This document shows, in pieces, positions 54,031 through 64,000 of a DNA stretch of 64,000 bases. Under the pieces are notes generated by a model. That model saw nothing but the letters and a program-made list of their open reading frames with translations, was not told the DNA's origin and ran no database searches. The translations under genes were made by a program, and so were the position numbers. The first letter of the stretch is position 1. The number at the start of each line of letters is the position of its first letter. The stretch is taken from NCBI GenBank assembly GCA_964016885.1, contig OZ024740.1, positions 147,064,001 to 147,128,000 on the forward strand. Direction: 5' to 3'. The DNA comes from Eledone cirrhosa. Its lineage: Eukaryota.

Positions 54031-57000
54031 TCATCTAGCTGTCATCTGTTCTACAGTGTGGATGTAATTCACTTCGCACAGAAGTTTTGTTCAAATTTAT
54101 TGAGAAAATTTTGTGAGTTCAAACTTAATTTTGATACCATTGTGTAGCTTGACCCTCCGTCTGAACTGTCAGGCGGTGGGTCAGCTCATCTTTACCCCTA
54201 CTAGAGGTGAAAAACCTGTTTTAAAAAATTTTGTGTAAAAAATTTCAATCGTCTAACAGAAATGTTAAACGCAGCGAACGAATATAGTGGTGGGGGGACA
54301 GCGGTAAGAGTTGTAAGCTCGCACACTTTAGTCCCCCCTTCCTTCCCAACTAACGTCATAGAGAAGGAAGGAAAAATTAAAATAAAAACAGACGAATCTG
54401 CGGAGAAAAAAAATGACGAAAACACAAATCTGGACATGGATTCCAACAACGAAAAAAAAAAATTTGAAAAATTGCATGACAATACTAATAACACAAACAA
54501 AGACACAACAAACACAAAAATAACATTTGAAAATAACACCATAACAGAAAGCAAAGCAGACGACAAGATTTCATTTGCACAGAAAGCAAAGAAATCTTTG
54601 ACTTATATAGCGGAAAATATTTCAGATGTGGCACGAAGGATCACAGACGCCAAACAATACATAAGTGAAGGAGAGAATGGTATTTTATCGGTAAAAATGC
54701 CTCAAGAATTCACCAAAGACATTGAAAGCCGAACGGTCAAGTTTCGGACCATCAACAACAGTACAAAAAAACCTGAACAGCCTTCTCAAGCAGATATCAA
54801 AACAGTACTCACAGAAGTACTTAATGAAACCACTTTCATAAGAAAAGACAGACTGTATGGAAGCCTAGCAATTATCATGAAGAACGAATCGGCGGCAAAA
54901 AAATGTGCTTTGTCACCGATTCGTTCGAAAAATTTTACCTTTCATCCATCTTATATGGGTAAAAGAACTCAACGCATATGGCTGGATGCAATGATGCCAG
55001 ATGTGGACTACTGCTGGCTCATAGCTGGCTTCATCGATCCAGTGAATGACAACGGGATTTCCATTGGGAAAACCACAGGCAATGCGTTCAGTGGAACAGG
55101 TATAGAGCTGGTAGTGCAAATGAAGCCTGAACGCATCGCCCAAATACTCGACAGAATCCTATTAGAGGACCACGGGTATATAAACATTAGCGTGGAGGGG
55201 AGAAGGCCGTCCTGCCATATCTGTGCAGGCAGAGGGCACCTGAAGGCCGCTTGTCCCCAACTCAACAAAAAGAAAACCCTGCTACCAACACCAGCTCCAC
55301 CACCACCACCACAACAGATAAACAAACAACAAAACTCAGTCCCACCCAACCCGTCCCTCAGTAAAACCACACCTCCACCACAACACAAACAGTCACAACA
55401 CATTACCCCAAAACAAAATACAGGCCCACCCAACCTCTCACTCAATAAAACAACACAACCACCGCAGACACAACACAGTCTAACATAGTGACATCCATCT
55501 CCTCCACAAAGAAAACCAACACGGAAACATTACCAGCAAACATACCTCTTCCCTCCAACACTGAAGATAACCCAACGAATTCGGAGGATGAAACGGAGTC
55601 CTTCAGACAGATTAAAAGGAAAAAAAGAAAACATGTGCAAAACACACAAGGCCAAACAACCCCCACCCAAATCTCAACACAATCCAACAAAACAGAAAAC
55701 ACCCCTCCAGCAACAAACAAAACCAAACCTGCCCCTCCCCTCTTCGAAACACTCACACCATCCGAAAAAAAGACATTACACTATACTTACATCAACAGAA
55801 ACAATAATAAATTAAATGAACTCATATACAATAATCCTTCGGTACAAACCGAAGGTGTAAACTTTGTTTCCTCAGAAAACTACCCACATTTAAAATTAAT
55901 AAAGATCCCAATGAACCTCTACCAAAAACTAAAAAAGGATTTTAAGGAGGACGTAGGACCACCCTCTGTCAAACCCATAAACCGCGTCCTACTAAAAAGC
56001 TTTCCCCCTCCCCTTCCCAACACAACTCCAAACACCCCAACCCCACCACACACTGACGACCCCACACCACCACAAGACACCCCTTCACCCAACACCCCCG
56101 ACCCCATGGAAGTCGTGCAACCCGAACCCCAGGAAGCGGAAAGGTAGGTCTCTACACTCTCCTTTGGCTCTGCCGCCCACATGGATGTGTTAAGAGTAGG
56201 ATGTTTGAATGCACGTGGCCTGGGCTCAACTTGGAAGCAAGCAAAGCTTCTAAATGACCTCAGGTCATGTAGTATAAATGTAATGGTTATCTGTGAGACT
56301 CGAATCAGCGTCGTGCGGCAGCTGGCCCCCACCTTCGATGACTTTGAGGTGCATGCATCTCTCTGTCAACCTGGAGGTGGGGGTGGGGTTGTCGTACTGC
56401 TGCAAAAACACCTGGGTCTTGCCGTACAGGTTGTGCACTTGGACCCGGAGGGTCGTTTGTTGGTGCTAGACGTTGGCAGTAGTGAAAGTGCGGCCTTGAG
56501 ACTGGTCGCCGTCTACTCCCCTTTCGGAGCTGAACGGCCCGACTTCTTCCAGCGTTTGGAGACTTTTCTGGGAACGTCGCGTTCCCTGCTTCTAGCGGGA
56601 GATTGGAATGACATCCTAGATGCACGTTGGGACTATGCAGGAGCATGTCCTAATAGAGGGGGGTGTAACAGCCTCAAGGGGTTACTCGACCGTTTTAACT
56701 TGGTCGATAGATATCGACTAGATTTTCCAACTGTGCCTACCTGGACTTGGAGAAACCACAGTGGTCAATCTAGATTGTACTTAGATAGATTCTTAGTTAG
56801 AAGTAAGGATAGGGACATATTAAGCTGTCCAGAAATGCGCACGGTTGGCTACACGGACCACAAATTAGTGACCTGCGTGGTCAATCTCGAGAAAACACAT
56901 AAACAGGGTCCCGGTTACTGGAAACTTAATTTGTCTTTACCGGCAAATGAGACTTACAGAAACCGGATTAGCAGATTAGTTAAGGAGAGGTTGACGGGTG

Positions 57001-60000
57001 CAATCGTCAACAACCGATGGTGGGCATCTCTCAAAAGAGAGATTAGAACAGAATCAATAAGTTATAGCAAGATGTTAGCTGCCGATAGGATTAGAAACGA
57101 GAAAGAATTAACAGGTAAATTAGAAGAGGCAATCAAGAGCGAAGATGTGGCCAGAGTGCTGGCATCGAGGACGGCCTTGAACCAGTTTTTCGATGCAAAG
57201 CACGAAGGCTGCGTCATTCGAAGTAAAATACGTGCTCTAGGTAATGAGGGGGCCAAAGCTGTTGGCTGGGCCCGCGTGACAGAAGCTAAGAGTGGAAATC
57301 GATCCACCATCCGGTCGTTGCAAGACAAAGATGGACGGGTGATCCGGGAGACTAAGCAGATGTGTGAGGCCTTTCAAAGGCACTTTGCCCGATTGTTCGG
57401 GGGAGGCGAGTGTCCGGGCGGGGGCGGGGATTTCGGTCCATACCTCGACGGCCTGCCGCGTCTCTCGAGTGAAGAGGCAGAGTCCTGCGAGGGACCAATC
57501 TCGGCTGATGAGATCGGAGATGCGATGAGCCAATGCAGCAGACGCAAATCTCCAGGTCTCGATGGTATACCTTACGAACTTTATTTAGCAATGCCGGTCT
57601 TCTTCTCCGAACTCCTCAAAGCGGTCTACTGCAATTGGCAGCAGAACGGGAGAATTCCTTGTTCTGTAGCCAAAGGGCGTAGTCACACTGGTGAGGAAGG
57701 ACGAGAACAAGGGAGATAGTATAAATAATTTTCGGCCCATAACCCTGCTAAACACAGAGTTAAAGATTTTGGCCAAGGTGTTAGCAAAGAGGTTGGTGCT
57801 TGTCGTGGGTGGCCTGGTGGGAGATGCGCAGACATGTGCTATCCCATCCAGGTCCATTCACGATAACCTCCACCTCATGCGATACATCATAGAGAGGGTT
57901 GGCAACAAACCCGGCTTCGGTGGGGCCCTGATCAACTTGGATCAGTCTAAGGCCTTCGATAGGGTCGACCATGGTTACTTGGATGCGGTGCTAGCGGCGG
58001 CTGGGTTCGGTCCTGTTTTCAGAGGCTGGATAACTGCCTTACATAGCAACCACATCTGTTCTAGGATCAAGGTGAACGGCTACCTTTCGAAGCCGTTCGA
58101 AATCACACGATCCATTCGACAGGGGTGCCCTCTCTCCTCCCTTCTGTACGTATTGACTCTCGAGCCTTTACTGAGGAAGTTGGAGTTGTTGCAGGGTATC
58201 CCCCTGGAACCAGGATTGAGCAAAGCGGTGTCGGCCTACGCCGATGACGTAACAGTAATGGTATCGACCGACTCGGAGATCGAGGCGATCGGTACCTTAC
58301 TGGAGGAGTACGAAAGGTTGTCAGGAGCGAAACTGAACCGGGAAAAATCCATCGGGCTGCAACTCGGAACGTGGAGAGGCAGACCGATGCCTCCTGACGG
58401 TGTCGTCGGACACTGGACGGAGGGCCCGGTAAAGTTGCTTGGGGTCTGGTTTGGACCGGACCTCCAGGTGGAAAAGAACTGGAACGAGGTTACAAACAAG
58501 GTGTTTGCACTAACCCAGAAATGGGCCAAGTGTAAGCTGTCCCTAAAAGGCCGGGCGGAGGTGGCGAACATTTACATAGCGTCCGTCACTTACTACCGCC
58601 TGACTGTCGTGCCTTGCCCTAAGGAAACACTCACCACCATGGAACGCATGCTCTTCCAATTTCTTTGGAAGAAGTGCCCTCCTATGGTGAGAAGATCCAT
58701 CTGCTGCCAACAACCTTCGAAAGGAGGGCTGGGGATGCCGTGGTTGATGATGCGTAGGCACGCATTAAGGCTACGGCACCTACAGGTATTCCTCACTGAT
58801 CAACCGGTGTGGGCTCCGTTCGTGAAACGAGCCTTTCCGAGACTCGTCTCGCTCACCGAGCTACAGTCCTGGGTCAAGCAAAGATCCGGAAAACTGGGAG
58901 ACTGGCACACTGAGTGTGCTCAGGCGCTCAGGGCTCTCTGGCAAGCGGGCCAGGCCATCGGTGGAGAATCCACCTCATCATTCTATAGAGAGCTGGTGGC
59001 TAGCAGGGGCGATGACACCCTTGGAGAGTCGCTGGACAAGGAAGAAGACGAACTGGCCAGCCTGTTCGGTAGGACTTTCGGCCCAGGACCAATGGACAAC
59101 TTCCAGAAGTCACTGGCCTGGCAGTGCTACCGGGGGGCTCTACCCGTTCGAGAGAGGCTCTACAGACACGGGCGCCCGGGCAGGGATCCCTCAAAAAAGA
59201 TTTGCCCTAGATGCGGTAAAGGTAAAGGCGATGCACTAGATAGAGGAAACTATAGAGGTATAAAGTTGATGGACCAGGTCATGAAAGTAACAGAAAGAGT
59301 TATAGCACAGCTGATTAGGGACCGGGTGAATATAGACGAGATGCAATTTGGGTTTGTACCAGGGAAAGGCACCACTGATGCGCTCTTCCTTGTGAGGCAA
59401 TTACAGGAAAAGTACCTAGCTAAAAGTAAGCCACTCTACTTGGCATTTGTCGACCTTGAGAAAGCCTTTGACAGAGTTCCACGTGCAGTAATCTGGTGGG
59501 CTCTTAGAAAACTAGGAGTAGATGAATGGCTTGTGAAAGCGGTACAAGCCATGTATAGGGGAGCAGTCAGCAAAGTTAGGATTGGCAATGAGTATAGCGA
59601 GGAATTTAGCGTACAGGTTGGGGTCCACCAGGGCTCTGTTCTTAGCCCTCTCCTGTTCATCATAGTCCTGCAGGCAATAACGGAGGAGTTTAAGACCGGA
59701 TGCCCATGGGAACTCCTGTATGCTGATGACCTCGCACTCATAGCTGAATCTATGGTAGAACTAGAGAATAAATTCCAAACCTGGAAGCAGGGACTAGAGA
59801 GAAAGGGCCTCAAAGTCAACATGACAAAGACTAAGGTCCTTATAAGTAGACGAGAAAACAGAACCCAGATCCCCTCAGGGAAATGGCCTTGCTCAGTATG
59901 TAGGAAAGGTGTAGGTAGGAACTCCATTCTTTGCCCCAAATGCAAACAATGGGTACACAAGAGATGTAGCGGGATCTCAGGAAGCTTAATTAAGAATGTA

Positions 60001-61607
60001 GGATTCACATGCAGCAGCTGTGCTGAAACAGCAAGCAAACAGCCACAGGAAACAAGTACCACCAATCTCTGGGAGGGCCCTGTAGAAACAGTAGACAGCT
60101 TCTGCTACCTAGGTGACCGAATTAGCAACGGAGGTGGGTGCTCAGAAAGTACAATAACTAGGGTAAGAACGGGATGGAAGAAGTTTAGGGAACTACTACC
60201 ACTGCTAGCTGCAAAAGGCTTCTCCCTCAGAATGAAAGGCAGACTGTATGATGCGTGTATCCGAACAGCGATGTTGCATGGTAGTGAGACCTGGGCGCTG
60301 AAGGTGGAAGACCTACGTAGATTAGAGAGAAACGAAGCCTGCATGCTCCGATGGATGTGTAACAGTAATATACGTGAACGACAAAGCATAAATGAATTGA
60401 GAGAGAGACTGAGCATAAGAGGAATCAAATGCTGCGTGCAGGAGAGGCGGTTACGCTGGTATGGACATGTGATGCGTATGAAGGATGACAGCTGCATAAA
60501 AAGGTGCAGAGCACTAGAAGTTGATGGAAACCGCGGAGTGGGGAGACCCAAGATGACTTGGGATGAGGTGATAAAAGCCGACCTTACCCAACTACACCTC
60601 TCAAAGTCAATGACACACGACCGTGACTTCTGGCGTCACGCAGTAATACAGGGTACCCGACCTCCCATGGGTACATGCTGAAGCATATAAACAATATGCC
60701 CCCCCCCCCCCACCGCAAGGTGGTCGTGGAGGTGCCACGGCAAAAAAGCACCCAGCCCACACTGTAAAGTGGACGTGTAGGCGCCACGAAAAAGCACCCA
60801 GCACTCACTGTAAATGAGGTTGGTGTTAGGAAGGGCATCCAGCTGTAGAAATCAAGCCAGATCAGTTCCTGTATGAGCAAGGCATGGTCAGCCGACCAGA
60901 CACTGCCCACAACAGGACAACCCGTCTAACCCATGCTAGCGTGGAAGAACGGACGTAAAACGGTGATGATGATGATGATGATGATGCGTGCGTCACGAAG
61001 AAACCGTTGCGCACGCATTGGTGCAATGTCCGGGCTTGGCTGATCTGTGGGGCTACGCCGAACGACTGCTGTCGCGGGTGGCGCCGATTAAATTGACCGC
61101 CAAGTCCGTGATGACAATCAAACCGCCTCCCATCTTCACAAAGGAAGCAAAGGCGGTTTTTCTGTGCGTAATAGCCATGTTGAAAGAGGTTGTTTGGTGG
61201 ACACGATTGAAAGGTCTGAGGTCAGGCAACTTCCTCTCTGGCCATAGTCTGGTCTACTTCTTCCGATATCACTTCGGAAGAAGGATAAGAATGGATAGAG
61301 AGGTGCTTGGCCACAGGCAGTTTTATGAAAGGTGGGTGATAGTGGCGAGAATGGCTCGTGTAAATGGGCCTTCTCTGTATACCATCCTGTAGGTAAAGAA
61401 GTAAAGGAGAGGGGAACACCTTCTCCATGTGCTCCCCGGGCAAAGGATTGCACACTTTTTCGGGGGTGTGTGCAACCCCCATCACGTCCCCTCCCTTTTG
61501 AGGTTATTTTCGATTATTTTCATGTTACACCCTTTTTACTCGATTATATGTAAACTCCCCCTTTGTATTTGTCCCTTCTTTTTATGCCTTTATGGTAAAT
61601 AAAGAAA
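54031..61607 (+). mobile_element. Full-length Tx1-like LINE, family D, interrupted by a nested RTE
   Basis: ORF1 54262-56147 (CHICAGRGHLKAAC, one frameshift). ORF2 starts at 56181 (MDVLRVGCLNARGL..YTDHK), has a frameshift at about 57675, and resumes at 60983 after the RTE. Ends aataaagaaa + TATC. Confidence 0.92.
59216..60982 (+). mobile_element. 5'-truncated RTE LINE, subfamily 2, nested in the Tx1 zinc finger
   Basis: GKGDALDRGNYRGI...YADD...PHD-type finger, 3' UTR and (GAT)n tail. Target-site duplication GATGCG at 59210-59215 and 60983-60988. Confidence 0.93.
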
Positions 61608-61680
61608 TCTATCTATCTATCTATATTATATCTATCTATCTATCTATCTCTATATATCTATCTATCTATCTATCTCTATA

Positions 61681-61719
<39 letters not shown>

Positions 61720-61780
61720 ATCTATCTATCTCTATCTATCTATCTATCTATCTATATCTATATCTATCTATCTATCTATA

Positions 61781-62180
61781 TCTTCTCTACGATGGACACA
61801 TGTGCTGAGCTCGCTCGGTAAGTTTTTGTTTAAATTCATACGGAAATTGTAAACTGTAAACTTTCATTTTTGTATCATTTTGTAGAGGGACTGCCAGGTC
61901 AAATTTTGATCTGGTCGGTCTCTCAAAATATTCTGCGCCTTTGGGCGAAATAGTATTGTGAACATTTTATCTTTCGAAAAACTTCGAAAAACCCTATTTT
62001 GAGAAAAATGGCTGAAGCATCTTCACCATCAATCAAAGAAGGAAAGGGGAAGTCATACTCACAGCTTCCCCCTGCCACTGTCACAGCAGCAGATGCCAAA
62101 GGCAGAGGTCAGAGAGAGGAAGAATTGTCTTCACCTGTTGACCGACCACTAGATGTAGCCACAACTACACAAGAATTTGA

Positions 62181-62221
<41 letters not shown>

Positions 62222-64000
62222 GCAACGATAAAGACAACAAAAACAACAACAACACAAACGTCACAAGTATCCACACACGAAACGAGAAAAACAACAACAA
62301 CAACAAAGATGAAAACAACTCAAACGACGAGAAACAAAACAATACTAATATCCAAAACGAAAACAAAATATCTTTTGCATAAACGGCTAAATTATCAGTC
62401 GCTTATGTGCTGGAAGATATTTCAAAAGCAAAAGAAATGCTGGAAAAAGCCAAGAAATATGTGTCTTTTGGCGAAAACGGATCGTTTTCTATACATTCAC
62501 CTCCGGAGCTAAAAAGACAGACGGAATTACGAACTGTCGTATTCCGAACAATTTTAAATAAAACAAAGAAACCAGCGCAACCATCTCAAGCGGAAACTCA
62601 GTTAGTCTTGAAAGACGCGATGAGAGACATCACTTTCATACAAAAGGATAAACTCTATGGGAGTTTATCCATATTGATGAAAGACGAATTGGCGGCAAAA
62701 AAATACTCTGTGTCGCCAATTCGGTCCACACACTACACCTTCTTCCCCACCTACATGGGTAAAAAAACCCAGAGGATATGGATAACCACCATCACCCCAA
62801 ACATAAACTACTGGTGGTTACTAACCGGTTTCCTCAATTTAGACGAGGACAACCTCATCTCAATAGGGAAGGCATCCGGCGACGCGTTCAGTGGAACGAG
62901 CCTCGAAGTTCTGACCCAAATAAGGCCAGAACGCATCGCCCAAATCCCTGAGCGCGTCATGCTGGATGACCGTACCCACCTCAACATTATTGTGGAGGGT
63001 AGGCGTCCCTCCTGTTACCTCTGTGGCAATAGAGGTCACCTGAGGGCTGCCTGTCCCCAGCTCACACAGAAAAAAACACTGCTACCAACACCAACACCAC
63101 CCCAACTACAACAACAAAAACAACCACAACAACAACAAAAACCAACAACCCCACCACCACCACCACAACAACAACAACAACAAACATGTGAAAAAATAAC
63201 ACAGAATACTGTCCCACCCAAAACAAATACAAAAACACGCACACCGCAAACACTACCAGAAAACATACCCCTCCCACCCAACAAGGAAGACGAACCTCTT
63301 TCGTCGCAAGACGAAAAAGATCCCTTCCAACAAGTAAAAAGAAAGAAGAGGAGACGCACCACAGACACACATGTTAACTTTAATCCCCCCCAAGAGAACA
63401 CAAACTACACACAAACCACCCCTCCCTGTCACACAACACTAACTGCTACACAAAAAAAGACATTACAATACACATACATGAACACAGACAACAAAGAATT
63501 ACGGAAAACAATTTCAGCAAACCCTTCGGTCCAAACTGAAGGGCCAAACTTTATAACTGCTGTGGGACTACCTCATTTGAAAATGATAAAAGTCCCAATG
63601 CACTTGTACAAAACACTGAAAATAAATTTCACGGAGGACGTGGGCCCCCCCTGCGTCAAACCAATCAACCGTGTCCTCCTACAGCTAGCCCCCACCTTTG
63701 ACGACTTTGAGATGCACGCATCTCTCTGTCAGCCCGGAGGTGGGGGTGGGGTTGTCGTTCTGCTGCAAAAACATATGGGCCTTGCAACACAGATAGTTCA
63801 CTTGGACCCAGGGGGTCGACTGGTGGTGCTGGACCTTGGCAGTGGTGAAGGTAGAGCCCTTAGGCTGATAGCCGCATATGCCCCTTTTGGGACAGAGCGG
63901 CCCGACTTTTTCCAGCGTCTGGAGTCTTTTCTAGGGACGTCCCGTTCCCTGCTTTTAGTGGGGGATTGGAATGGTATCCTGGATGCACGTTGGGACTATG
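61781..64000 (+). mobile_element. 5' part of a Tx1-like LINE, family E, with an internal deletion; runs off the right edge
   Basis: ORF1 from ATG 62008 has poly-Asn, a stop at 62380 and the knuckle CYLCGNRGHLRAAC. It is joined at about 63681 to ORF2 APE (QLAPTFDDF..GDWN). Confidence 0.9.

Overview
This is eukaryotic (animal) genomic DNA, not prokaryotic. The repeat families and very dense (TA)n microsatellites suggest a mollusc, probably a cephalopod (inference only). Almost the whole window is a stack of retroelements inserted into AT-rich microsatellites. (1) Eight RTE-clade LINE copies from two subfamilies; the longer ones carry a C4HC3 PHD-type finger inside the RT. (2) Two CR1-group LINEs and one R4/Dong-type restriction-like endonuclease fragment. 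(3) Several Penelope-like elements (PLEs) with tandem or inverted pseudo-LTRs containing minimal type I hammerhead ribozyme motifs. (4) tRNA-derived SINEs and RTE-derived non-autonomous elements. (5) From 41.9 to 64 kb, a head-to-tail array of seven Tx1-like L1-group elements from several families, all on the + strand and all within (TATC)n/(TA)n repeats, suggesting GATA-microsatellite target specificity. One probable host exon (ADAM/ADAMTS-like, minus strand, 16738-16864) suggests at least part of the window is intronic. The long YIYI-type ORFs are microsatellite artefacts. All coordinates and family assignments were made by eye.
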